A stretch of 64,000 nucleotides of DNA from Sphingobacteriales bacterium JAD_PAG50586_3 (GTDB taxonomy: Bacteria; Bacteroidota; Bacteroidia; CAMBQF01). The position numbers were made by a program, and so were the translations under genes. Below are positions 43,411 to 53,501 of this stretch, in pieces (the stretch's first letter is position 1; each line of letters begins with the position of its first letter). The notes below the pieces were generated by a model, which searched no databases, was not told where the DNA came from, and worked only from the letters and a program-made list of their open reading frames with translations. The DNA lies in the NCBI GenBank assembly GCA_023213195.1, contig CP096135.1, positions 2,040,842 through 2,104,841 of the forward strand. Reading direction: 5' to 3'.

Positions 43411-44238
43411 ATGGAACCTATTATTCGCCAAGCACTTTTAGATTTAGTTGCAAGCCCTGTTGATGAATTGTTTAATAATCAAGTATTCCAAAAAGATAAT
43501 GGAGCTTTTTATCGTAATACAGTTTTAAGTTAAGGTAGAACTGATTTTACAGAACCTTTTGTTACTGATAATGCTACAGTAATAACAGCTGAGCAAAAGG
43601 TTTTATTGTACTGTTATTATTACATGCAAATGCATTTTGAAAGTAGTAGCGAACTGTTTAGTAAATATAATAAAGTTGTAGAAAAGCCATTAATATTTGT
43701 TGACTTTGGATGTGGTCCTTTAACAGGAGGTATAGCATTACAAAATCATTTTTCCGATCCTTCGTTTCATCTACATTATGTTGGGATTGATATTTCTAAC
43801 GAAATGATTTCTAAAGCAAAAGAATTTCAAAATTACCAAGAATTATTCAATCCTGTAAATCAACATTTTGAATGGCTCAATGATTATATTCAATTGCCAG
43901 AAATATTATTACCCTTAATGCAACATTTAAAAGAATATTCATTAATATTCAATTTTTCTTATTTTTTTGCAAGTCATAGTGTTGATCCTCAAATAGTATT
44001 TGCTACTACACAACAAATATTGCAAAGTTTGGGAGATAATACATTTTGGGTTTTATATCAAAATCCCACAGCTTGGAGCCTACATGAAAAATGGACAGTT
44101 TATAGAAACTTATTACTTCAAAATTTGTTTGTTAACAAGGCGTTGATTTCTAATCCATTTCCATACGGATATCAAGATATTTTTGCAGAAAAACCATTAA
44201 ATTTGTATACTACTTGCGAAATATTACGTAGAAACTAG
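43411..44238 (+). CDS. Class I SAM-dependent methyltransferase (low-GC island); in-frame TAA at 43531-43533, so either a pseudogene or the true start is TTG 43606
   Basis: Motif I FVDFGCGPLTGG and post-I YVGIDISNEMISKA. About 30% GC. An N-terminal 40-codon in-frame segment precedes the TAA. Confidence 0.55.
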
Positions 44239-44243
44239 TTGTA

Positions 44244-44847
44244 ATGAATTTATTTAGTCAAATATTGGAAAGTCCCGAAACTGAAATTGCAAAAATTTCA
44301 GGATTGCAATACGTTGAAAATTATTTGACTAGGCAAGAGCATGACGAGATTTTGAATGCAATAGACGCTGCTCAATGGATTAATGATATAAAGCGTAGGG
44401 TTCAGCATTATGGCTTTAAATATGATTATAAAGCGAGAAGAATAGATTATTCGATGAAAATTGGGGACTTACCTGAATGGGCTCAAAAAGTTGCAGTTAG
44501 ATTATATAGAGATGGTTATTTTGACGTTATTCCTGATCAAGTAATTGTTAATGAATATATGCCTAGGTCAAGGTATAACACCTCATATTGATTGTGAACC
44601 TTGTTTTGAGGATACTTTAATCTCTATATCTTTGGGTTCTTATTGTGTAATGGACTTTGGTAAAAAGTTAAGTTCAGAAAAAGTGCCTGTACTATTAGCT
44701 CCAAGAAGCATTGTCATCTTAAAAGGTGAAAGTCGTTATACATGGACTCATGGAATAGCCCCTCGCAAAACTGATGTTTATCATGATATGAAGATTGAGC
44801 GTAGAAGGCGTATTTCACTTACTTTCCGCAAAACAATCATTAAGTAA
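44244..44847 (+). CDS. alkB: AlkB-like Fe(II)/2-oxoglutarate-dependent dioxygenase (nucleic-acid demethylase), with a +1 frameshift at cctAgg 44562-44567
   Basis: VIVNEYMP(G)QGITPHID.E...SLGS.CVM.F......PRSIVILKGESRYTWTHGI......RISLTFR. The ORFs 44244-44591 and 44545-44847 rejoin if cctagg was CCTGG. Confidence 0.75.
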
Positions 44848-44855
44848 CTATCTTA

Positions 44856-45038
44856 CTATAACGACTGGTTACTGTTTGCTGAAATAATGTTTTTCAATAC
44901 TCTCTTAGCTTCTTCTGTGTTATAACCCAGATTGTTTTTAGATTCTGCTAGAGCATTATTAAGGCGTTCAACAAATATTTGCTTTTCAGTATCTGGTATA
45001 GGGTTTATAATATCAGGAACTTTATGTTTCTTAGCCAT
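44856..45038 (-). CDS. Small hypothetical protein (60 aa) whose last 8 codons duplicate the M23 peptidase C-terminus
   Basis: It ends ...ISANSNQSL. The M23 gene ends ...ISANSNQSFD. The DNA is aacgactggttact at 44863-44876 and 45062-45075. Confidence 0.4.
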   Translation of the reverse strand: MAKKHKVPDIINPIPDTEKQIFVERLNNALAESKNNLGYNTEEAKRVLKNIISANSNQSL

Positions 45039-45055
45039 ATAATTTATTTATACGC

Positions 45056-46031
45056 TTAATCAAACGACTGGTTACTATTGGCCGAGATCTTCAACATAGC
45101 CTCATACTCGTCGGGGGTAAGGTCGTTAAAGTAGTAGTTAATGGGGTTTTGGTGCTCCCCGTTCTTCATTACCTCATAATGTAAGTGGGGCCCGGTAGAT
45201 TTACCCGTGTTGCCTACATAGCCAATAACCTCGCCACGTTTAACCTTTTGGCCGGGGCGTACTTTGGTACGGCTCAAGTGGCCGTAAAGCGTCATATATC
45301 CATAGCCGTGGTCTACCCTTATGTGGTTGCCGTAGCCCGATGCCTGCGCATCGGCACGTTGTACTACACCATCGCCTGTTGCATACACTTCTGTACCAAT
45401 AGGGGCGGCAAAGTCCATACCGGCGTGGAACTTGGGCATTTTATAAATAGGGTCGGTACGCCAGCCAAAGCCCGAAGCCATTTGCTTTAAATCTTTGGTA
45501 GATACAGGTTGAATGGCAGGTATAGCGCCCAACATATTAGCCTTATTCTGCACCAGCTTTAAAATCTCGTCGTACGATTTTGACTGTACTACAATTTGCT
45601 TAGAAAGAAAATCGAGCTTTTGCGTAGCACGCACCATCAGTTCAGAGTTATCGTAGCCCTGCAACTGGGCGTAACGGTCGGTACCGCCGTAGCCTGCCCT
45701 GCGCACTCCGGTAGGTATAGGCTCGGCCTCAAAAATAACCCGGTAAATATTGTCGTCGCGCTTTTGTAAATCGTCCAACACCATAAAAGACTGGTCTATG
45801 CGCTTGTTTAGCAGGTCGTATTGTAGTTTAAGCTGGTCAAGCTCGCGTGCAAGTTGCTTTTCTTTAGGCGACTCAAAAGTGTTGTAGGCAATAATCATGG
45901 TTATGGCAGCAAAAACCAGCCCCGTTGCTAAGGTACCAAAGCCCTTGTTTTATAATATCAGCCGGACGCAAACGTACTTTTTCGTACGATAGCGACTTAG
46001 TATTAAAATAATATCTCTTTTTTGTAGACAT
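45056..46031 (-). CDS. M23 family metallopeptidase with N-terminal TM anchor; G-run frameshift near 45930
   Basis: HAGMDFAAP, HIRVDHG and PHLHYEV zinc motifs. The N-terminus MSTKKRYYF...GLGTLATGLVFAAITMIIA rejoins via a GGG/GG run. Confidence 0.8.
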
Positions 46032-46172
46032 ATTGCCGTTAGTTCAATGTTTACAAGGGTTTTAAGCCTTGTTGTATTGTCTTAGCGTTAATTTTAGGCA
46101 CATCTCTGCACCGTTATAACCACAAATTTAGCTAATTAGCTTATTTTTGCCAAGTTTACAATAAAAACCATA

Positions 46173-47039
46173 ATGAAAGGAATTATTTTGGCAGGCGGTT
46201 CGGGTACACGTTTATACCCTATAACCATGGCTATAAGCAAGCAGTTAATGCCTATTTATGATAAGCCAATGATTTATTATCCGCTATCGGTTTTAATGTC
46301 GGCGGGCATAAACGAGATATTAATAATATCAACCCCCAAGATTTGCCGGGTTTTAAACGTTTGCTTGGCGATGGTAACAGTTTGGGCTGTAGCTTTAGCT
46401 ATGCAGAACAGCATGTGCCTAACGGACTGGCCCAGGCTTTTGTTATTGGCAAAGAGTTTATTGGTAACGATAAGGTAGCCCTTATTTTGGGCGATAATAT
46501 ATTTTATGGTACCGGGCTAGACCAGTTGCTGGTAGAAAATAACGACCCAACCGGCGGTATTGTGTTTGCCTACCACGTTTCAGACCCCGAGCGCTATGGT
46601 GTGGTGGAGTTTGATAGCGATAAAAAAGCCATTTCTATTGAAGAAAAGCCGGAGAAACCTAAATCGAACTATGCGGTACCGGGCTTGTATTTTTATGATA
46701 ACAGCGTGGTAGAAGTTGCCGAAAACCTGCAACCCAGCCCACGCGGTGAGTATGAAATTACCGATGTAAACAAGTATTACCTTAAAAACAATCTGCTAAA
46801 AGTAGGGGTTTTAGACAGGGGTACTGCCTTAGTTAGATACCGGCACGTTTGCATCGTTAATGCAGGCATCGCAATTTGTGCAGGTTATAGAAGAGCGCCA
46901 GGGCCTAAAAATTGGCTGTATAGAAGAGGTTGCTTACAAGTCTGGTTTTATTAACGCAGCAGCGTTAGAAAAACTTGCGCAACCCCTGTTAAAGAGTGGT
47001 TATGGTAACTACCTTTTGAGTGTTCTAAATACAATCTAG
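46173..47039 (+). CDS. rfbA: Glucose-1-phosphate thymidylyltransferase RfbA, interrupted at the C5 run 46337-46341 and at ccttag 46826-46834
   Basis: [11 protein letters not shown], ...GDNIFYG..., and GTA(W)LDTGT restored when ccttagtt is read as cctggtt. The C-terminus ...[23 protein letters not shown] is in the third frame. Confidence 0.85.
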
Positions 47040-47051
47040 TAAAAGCAGAAA

Positions 47052-48002
47052 ATGATACGTACAGATTTAACTAATATTTTGGTTACCGGTGGGGCGGGCT
47101 TTGTTGGTAGCGCCATTGCAGAAAAACTTGCATCAAACCCACAAAACTTTGTGGTGGTGGTAGATAACCTGCTTACGGGCAGCATGAATAAGGTGCCAAA
47201 ATCAGAACACAACAACGTAAAATTCATTAAATGTGATGTAAACAACTTTGCCGATATATCAGGCGTGTTTTTTGCTTACCGCTTTGAATATGTGTGGCAT
47301 TATGCCGCATTAGTGGGTGTTAAACGTACGCTGGAAAATCCTGTACTGGTATTAAAAGATATTGAAGGGATAAACAATATCCTTAGCCTGTCTAAAAACA
47401 CAGGGGTTAAAAGGGTGTTCTTCTCATCATCTAGCGAGGTGTATGGCGAACCGGTAGAGTTTCCTCAAAACGAAGAAACTACCCCGCTAAACTCGCGCCT
47501 GCCTTATGCTATTGTTAAAAACGTGGGCGAGGCTTACCTGCGCTCTTTTAAAAGGGAATATGGTTTAGACTACACTATTTTCCGTTTCTTCAATACCTAT
47601 GGCCCTAAGCAAAGTAAAGATTTTGTAATTTCTAAATTCATATCGCGCGCTATGGCTAATAAAGACATTACCATTTATGGCGATGGTAGCCAAACACGTA
47701 CCTTCTGCTATATTGAAGATAATGTGGATGCATGTTTAGCCGCTTTTTATGATAATAAGTACATTAACGATGTGGTAAACGTAGGCGGTGCCGATGAATT
47801 ACCTATTGTTGACCTTGCTAAACTTATTATTAAGGTTACCAACTCAAAGTCTAACATTGTACACCACGAGGCGTTGGAAGAGGGCGATATGACGCGCCGC
47901 CAGCCCGATACCGAGAAAATGAAAAAGCTGCTTAAGCGCGACCCCATTACACTGGAAGAAGGCATAAAACGTATTATTGAAAACCCTAAGTACATTCTGT
48001 AA
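47052..48002 (+). CDS. NAD-dependent epimerase/dehydratase family protein (nucleotide-sugar 4-epimerase/decarboxylase-like)
   Basis: TGGAGFVGS Rossmann motif, the YxxxK triad region, 316 aa. Confidence 0.8.
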   Translation: MIRTDLTNILVTGGAGFVGSAIAEKLASNPQNFVVVVDNLLTGSMNKVPKSEHNNVKFIKCDVNNFADISGVFFAYRFEYVWHYAALVGVKRTLENPVLVLKDIEGINNILSLSKNTGVKRVFFSSSSEVYGEPVEFPQNEETTPLNSRLPYAIVKNVGEAYLRSFKREYGLDYTIFRFFNTYGPKQSKDFVISKFISRAMANKDITIYGDGSQTRTFCYIEDNVDACLAAFYDNKYINDVVNVGGADELPIVDLAKLIIKVTNSKSNIVHHEALEEGDMTRRQPDTEKMKKLLKRDPITLEEGIKRIIENPKYIL

Positions 48003-48322
48003 TGCTGTATAACAAGCATATTTTTATATGCACCAACCAGCGTACAGAAGGTACACGCCCCAGTTGTGGGCACGATAGGGGCCTTGAATTGGTAGGCGCT
48101 TTTAAAAAAGCAATAAAAGACCGTGGGCTAAATACTGAAATACGCGCCCAAAAGGCCGGTTGCTTAGATGTGTGTGAGTGGGGCCCAAGCCTGGTGGTTT
48201 ACCCCGAAGGTGTTTTTTATAAGCATGTTACGTTGGCTGATGTGGAGGAGATAGTAGAAGAACACATTGTAAATAACCGCCCTGTTGTAAGATTAGTTAA
48301 CACTTTTGAAAAATCAGAATAG
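48002..48322 (+). CDS. (2Fe-2S) ferredoxin-like protein (thioredoxin-like [2Fe-2S] fold)
   Basis: CxxxxxxxxxxxCGH...C...C cysteine pattern (CTNQ..., PSCGHD, GCLDVCEWGP). Confidence 0.6.
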   Translation: MLYNKHIFICTNQRTEGTRPSCGHDRGLELVGAFKKAIKDRGLNTEIRAQKAGCLDVCEWGPSLVVYPEGVFYKHVTLADVEEIVEEHIVNNRPVVRLVNTFEKSE

Positions 48323-48382
48323 TAAAAAGAGTTATATTTGGAATTATATTTGATATATTTGAAAAACGAAAATTTTTACGCT

Positions 48383-48745
48383 ATGAAAAAGCTGGTTTAC
48401 ATATTCGCATTCTTCGCAATGTTTTTAGTGGTTAACACTGCTAAAGCACAATCTAACTTACCTGCAACCGTAGGTAAAGTAATTTTGGTAAAGGTAGACC
48501 CATCTACAATGGCCGAAGCCCGTGGCAAAATTAACGCTGTGCTTACAGATGGTAAACTAAACGGTTACCTTAAAGCAGAACAATCGTACATTGTTACAAT
48601 ACCTGACAATGCATCACAAATTAATACTGCTAAAACGCAGCTTTTAACAGCTTACCCAACAGCACAGTTAAGCGTAATTACCGTTGCCGATGCTAACTTA
48701 CTGATAGCCGCCCAGCGCAACGCTAACAACCCGGGCCACGAATAA
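48383..48745 (+). CDS. Hypothetical secreted protein
   Basis: Signal peptide MKKLVYIFAFFAMFLVVNTAKAQ. Confidence 0.45.
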   Translation: MKKLVYIFAFFAMFLVVNTAKAQSNLPATVGKVILVKVDPSTMAEARGKINAVLTDGKLNGYLKAEQSYIVTIPDNASQINTAKTQLLTAYPTAQLSVITVADANLLIAAQRNANNPGHE

Positions 48746-48767
48746 CGAAATATCCTGTTGATATAAA

Positions 48768-48801
48768 TTAAATCCCACCTATGGTGGGATTTTCTGTTTT
48801 T
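48768..48801 (+). terminator. Rho-independent terminator
   Basis: aaatcccacctatggtgggattttctgttttt. Confidence 0.7.
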
Positions 48802-48806
48802 ATACC

Positions 48807-49322
48807 ATGGCACAAAACATAGAATTAAAGGCCAACGTTGCAAATAGGGCAGAACTGGAACAAAAGGTTATCGTCTTGGTGGGCAATGCTACAGCCCAAT
48901 TGGTGCAGCGCGATGTATACTATGGCATACGCAAAGGCAGGTTAAAGTACCGCACAATAAATAATAGGCAACACGAGCTTATATACTATAACCGCCCCAA
49001 CACGGTTGAAGCTAAAAAATCAACTTTTTATAAATTCAACCTTTGGTTTCCAAAGCTAACCCACGGTATACTTAAAACCCTGTATGGTGAAACAGGTATT
49101 GTGGAGAAAGAGCGAACACTCTATATGCTGGATAATATTCGCATCCATTTAGATGATGTTAAGGGCTTGGGCCACTGCATGGAGTTTGAATATTTGGTAG
49201 ATGCCCAACATACCGAGGACATGGGTAAGCAACGCCTGCTTCAGTTAAAAGAGCAGTTAGCCTTGCCTGACTACAGCATCTTAACCCATTCGTATGTTGA
49301 TATAGCCGCTCAACGCTTATAG
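48807..49322 (+). CDS. CYTH-domain protein (class IV adenylate cyclase/CyaB-like triphosphate tunnel metalloenzyme)
   Basis: N-terminal IELK/EIE-type motif (NIELKANV), 171 aa, conserved acidic and basic tunnel residues. Confidence 0.65.
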   Translation: MAQNIELKANVANRAELEQKVIVLVGNATAQLVQRDVYYGIRKGRLKYRTINNRQHELIYYNRPNTVEAKKSTFYKFNLWFPKLTHGILKTLYGETGIVEKERTLYMLDNIRIHLDDVKGLGHCMEFEYLVDAQHTEDMGKQRLLQLKEQLALPDYSILTHSYVDIAAQRL

Positions 49323-49381
49323 GTTAATAAGTTGTAGCGTAAGGTTGCTGCATTTGCCTGTATTCTTCTTTTCTTAGCTAC

Positions 49382-50823
49382 ATGGCAGAACAAAAAGATG
49401 TAAAACGTACCCTTGGCTTTTGGGTAGCGCTTTCTATTGTTATAGGGTCGGTAATAGGCTCGGGTATATTTAAAAAACCGGCAGTAATGGCAAGCCAGCT
49501 AGGCTCTGCCGAGTGGCTAATTGCTGTATGGGTAGTAGCGGGTATTGTTACCTTGTTTGGCGCCCTTACCACAGCGGAAATTGCAGGCATGATACCCGCT
49601 ACCGGCGGGCAATTTATGTTTTTAAAAAGGTATATGGCAATTTTGCAGGCTTTATCTATGGCTGGGCATTGTTCTCGGTTATCCAATCAGGCTCTATAGC
49701 ATCCATCACCTACATATTTGCTGAATATACAGGGTACTTTGTACACCTGCCGCGCTTTTCGGCAGATGTTGAACAATCGGTAATACTGCACCTGCCGGGC
49801 ATAGGCAAAATATTTCCACTAGAAAATTTTGGTGTAAAGCTTTTGACTATTGCCACAATATGGTTGCTAACGGCTATAAACTACCGTGGGGCAAAATTTG
49901 GCGGCGGCATACAGGTAATATTTACAGCCCTAAAGCTATTTGCCATGGTATTTATAGTAGGTATGGTATTTGGCTGGGGCAGTAACGCCCAAGTGCCGGA
50001 TATGCCTGTAATACGCACTGTAGGTACTGTAACCCTGGTAAGCTTTATGGCGGCTATGAGTGGTGCCTTTTGGGGCTACGATGGCTGGAACAGCCTTACC
50101 TACATAGCGGGCGAGATTAAGAACCCGCAGCGCAATATTGTAAGGGCCTTGTTTTTTGGGTTGCTTACCGTTATTGCCGTGTATGTAACCATCAACTTTG
50201 CTTATTTGTACGTGTTTGACATTCAAGAAATGGCACAGTCTAAGCTGGTAGCATCAGATGTTGCGGTGGCTGTAGCGGGTTTAATAGGCGGTTCTATTGT
50301 GGCTGCCGCTATTATGATGTCAACCTTTGGCGCATCTAACGGGTCGGTAATGAGCAGCGCCCGTATATATTTTGCCATGGCCCGCGAGGGGTTATTCTTT
50401 AAAAACATTGGCAAGCTGCACCCTAAATACGAAACACCCCACAACTCGTTGCTGCTGCAAGCCACCTGGGCAAGCTTATTAGTTTTAAGCGGCACGTTTG
50501 ATATATTAACCGATATGCTGGTATTTGTAGCCTGGATATTTTATGCATTCTCAGCAGGTAGTGTTATTCTGTTGCGCATACGCGAGCCCGAAACACCCCG
50601 CCCCTATAAAGTATGGGGCTACCCGTTTATCCCGGTAATATTCATATTAGTATCGAGCACCTTTTTAGGTGTAACCCTATACAATGATATTAGTATGTAT
50701 ATGCGCGGCGAAACCCAGATAATAAACTCGGTATTTGGTTTGGTAATAGTAGCTACAGGCATACCATTCTATTTCTTGTTTAAGAAGAGTGGGGGAGAGA
50801 ATGACAAGAAGCTAGCAGAGTAA
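49382..50823 (+). CDS. APC-family amino acid permease, one frameshift in T/A runs near 49600-49640
   Basis: 12 TM helices. ...GSGIF..P...GGQ(F/Y)... then KKVYGNFAGFIYGWALF... in the adjacent frame. Confidence 0.8.
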
Positions 50824-50834
50824 AAGAATAAGCC

Positions 50835-51814
50835 ATGCGTAATCTTTTATTTCTTCTACTAAGTGCCACATTTTATGGATGTGCTTTGCCTGAGGGGTGG
50901 GAGAAAATTGATGCGGAAGGCTTACCCGAAAATACTATGTTTTCAAATGTTGTATTTGCTGATGATTCTGTAGGTTATGCCGCAACCGTTATTCCTAAAA
51001 TGTCGGTACACAAAACTACAAATGGCGGTAAAAATTGGACAAAGATACCATTAAATGGGCAAGATGCTTCTGTAAGGCAGATGTATGCCTTTAAAGGTAG
51101 TTTAGTGGTATTAGTGCAAACCTTTAGGGAGCTTTCTGATTATATTTTGAGGTATGATAACGGAAGCTGGGATACTATTTACCAAAGTAAAGACGGCTTT
51201 GATATACATAATATGTATTTTGAAGAACCGGCCAAAGGCTTTGCTGTACTTGGTAAATCAAGTAGTAGTCAAAAGCCGGTTTTAATCAGCCTTAAAGGAA
51301 AAGCAATTGATACGTTAAATGAAATTCAATACGAATACCGTAACAGTTATTTTACAAAGGATACGGTTTATTCATTTCAACAACATACGCCTTCGAATTC
51401 ATACATAGCAACATCTTTAGTAACAGGAAACCAATACCTGCATAAGTTTGAAAAAAGACTATTGTAGATTATATAACTACCGGAAACCATGCTAATGAGC
51501 TGATTTATATCACGAACAATAATCATCAGTATTCCATTATAAGAAATAATAAGCCAATTACAATTAAGGGCTATACAGACTATAGTATAGATGGCTTTTA
51601 TACCAATAAGAATTTTATGATAGCAGTGGGTTACAGGCCAAAAGATGCCAATATAGTAGGAGTGTACCATGCCATATTTGTTTCTGTAGATGCTGGGAAG
51701 ACTTGGAAGATGGAAGAATCGCCGGAACCACTTAAGCCAGATGTTTGTTACATGTTTGATGATAACCGTTTTCTTATTTTTGGTTTGATGAATATAATTT
51801 ATTTACGGAAATAA
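50835..51814 (+). CDS. BNR/Ycf48-like (sialidase-fold) lipoprotein, split by an A6-run frameshift at ~51451
   Basis: Lipobox LLSATFYGC. BNR-like TTNGGKNWTK and SVDAGKTWKM motifs. Low GC. Confidence 0.5.
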
Positions 51815-52509
51815 TGCTTCAAATTAAACTACCATCGGCACCGGGAAAAGATACATCGGGTAAAACATTTTATTTTGATGATGCTTTGGAAACAGGCAAA
51901 CGCTACTTTGTTACAGGCATAGGTACCGATGTGGGTAAAACGGTTGCATCGGCTATATTGGTTGAGTCGCTGGAAGCCGATTATTGGAAACCCATCCAAT
52001 CGGGTGCTACTGCAGATAGCGACAGGCTTACTGTACAATCGTTAATATCAAATACAAAATCGGTTTTTCACGCCGAGGTTTATAGTTTAAGAGAACCCCT
52101 ATCGCCGCACGCCGCCGCCGAGTTGGATAATATTGAAATAAAGCTGGAGAATATTCCCCTGCCCTATACCCACAACACCCTTATTATTGAGGGTGCCGGC
52201 GGGCTTATGGTACCCTTAAACTACAATGGCTTGATGGTTATTGATTTGATAAACCATTGCAAGGCCGAGGCCATAGTGGTATCGCGCAACTACCTGGGTA
52301 GCATCAACCATACACTATTATCAATAGAAGCATTAAAAAGCCGCAACATACCTATTGCGGGCATCATATTTAACGGGGCAGAAAATAAGGCTACAGAGCG
52401 TGTTATACTGGAAGAAACAGGAGTGCGTATGTTGGGCAGGATTAATGAAGAGCCTGTTGTAACTAAAGAAGTAGTATTGGGGTATAAGACAGTGTTCCAA
52501 ACCATCTGA
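51814..52509 (+). CDS. bioD: ATP-dependent dethiobiotin synthetase
   Basis: P-loop FVTGIGTDVGKTV, ...DYWKPIQSG..., EGAGG. Confidence 0.8.
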   Translation: MLQIKLPSAPGKDTSGKTFYFDDALETGKRYFVTGIGTDVGKTVASAILVESLEADYWKPIQSGATADSDRLTVQSLISNTKSVFHAEVYSLREPLSPHAAAELDNIEIKLENIPLPYTHNTLIIEGAGGLMVPLNYNGLMVIDLINHCKAEAIVVSRNYLGSINHTLLSIEALKSRNIPIAGIIFNGAENKATERVILEETGVRMLGRINEEPVVTKEVVLGYKTVFQTI

Positions 52510-52514
52510 ACAGT

Positions 52515-52946
52515 ATGAAAAAAACACTTGCAATGGGTGCCATTGTGGCTCTTGTTTTTATTGCCTGCAATGCAATAGAAAAACGCACTAACGACCCTAA
52601 AGACATTGCCGAGGCAACTAAGGTTGCTGATGAATTTATCAATAATGTAAAGGCTAAGAATTACGATAAAGCCATGGAGTTGACCACCATAAGCGAGGAT
52701 AACCCCGAACACCAAAAGCACATAAATATTTTTAAAGATTTGAATAATAAGCTGGGAGAAATTACCGGTTTTAAGCAAGATACCGCCGCCGCCATTGTAG
52801 CGCAGGAAGGAAACCATATAGAAGGGGTAATAGACCTGCAATACACGGTTAATTACCAACGGGGGCAAACTAAAGAGAGCTATACATTACAATATGATGA
52901 TGATGGTAAGATTATTGTAAGAAGCTATGCTATAACAACTCAATAA
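52515..52946 (+). CDS. Hypothetical lipoprotein (DUF4878-like)
   Basis: Signal peptide plus Cys lipobox (ALVFIACN). Confidence 0.45.
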   Translation: MKKTLAMGAIVALVFIACNAIEKRTNDPKDIAEATKVADEFINNVKAKNYDKAMELTTISEDNPEHQKHINIFKDLNNKLGEITGFKQDTAAAIVAQEGNHIEGVIDLQYTVNYQRGQTKESYTLQYDDDGKIIVRSYAITTQ

Positions 52947-52970
52947 AGAGCCTTGTTATAAGCAGTGTAA

Positions 52971-53501
52971 TTGAATATGAAAGGAGCAAAAAGGATAGTG
53001 CTGTTATTTACTGCCGTGCTTTTGAGTTTGTGTTTACAAGCCCAAAAAACGCCCGAGGAATTGGCCGATTATTTATTTAAAGCCATGAAGGCCGAAAATG
53101 TAAAGGCGGTAGGTACCTATTTATGTACGCCCGAAGAGGCCTTGTTATTTTCTAAAAAGCTGGGCTACTCCTATACCAAAGACCAGGGCGACGATTATAA
53201 AACGGAGCAGCTTAAGCTGGATACCGCTTTTATAGATCAGGTAAACTACGTTTTAAAAGACGGCAAAAACCAAAAAGGCATTGTGTGGAACAAAGCCGAA
53301 TTGGTAAAAATAAAGTCGGGGGTAGAGACTTATATACTAAGCAGTTTAGATGAAAGCAAGACCGCCGACATGGGTCCTGTTTCTGTAATTTTTAAGAGCG
53401 GTACAAATCAATTTATCCTCACCTTTGCAAACGCTTTTGATGCTACCGGCAGGTGGCGTATTAATGGTGAGAGTATTAAGTTGAAGAGATATACAGAATG
53501 A
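52971..53501 (+). CDS. Hypothetical secreted protein
   Basis: Signal peptide MNMKGAKRIVLLFTAVLLSLCLQAQ. Confidence 0.45.
   Translation: MNMKGAKRIVLLFTAVLLSLCLQAQKTPEELADYLFKAMKAENVKAVGTYLCTPEEALLFSKKLGYSYTKDQGDDYKTEQLKLDTAFIDQVNYVLKDGKNQKGIVWNKAELVKIKSGVETYILSSLDESKTADMGPVSVIFKSGTNQFILTFANAFDATGRWRINGESIKLKRYTE

Noticed and set aside
43531-43533. The in-frame TAA in the methyltransferase as another methylation-site artefact
   Set aside because: The context agtTAAggt cannot be turned into CCWGG by a single change. It is either a real nonsense mutation in a horizontally acquired gene, or the gene simply starts at the downstream TTG or ATG.
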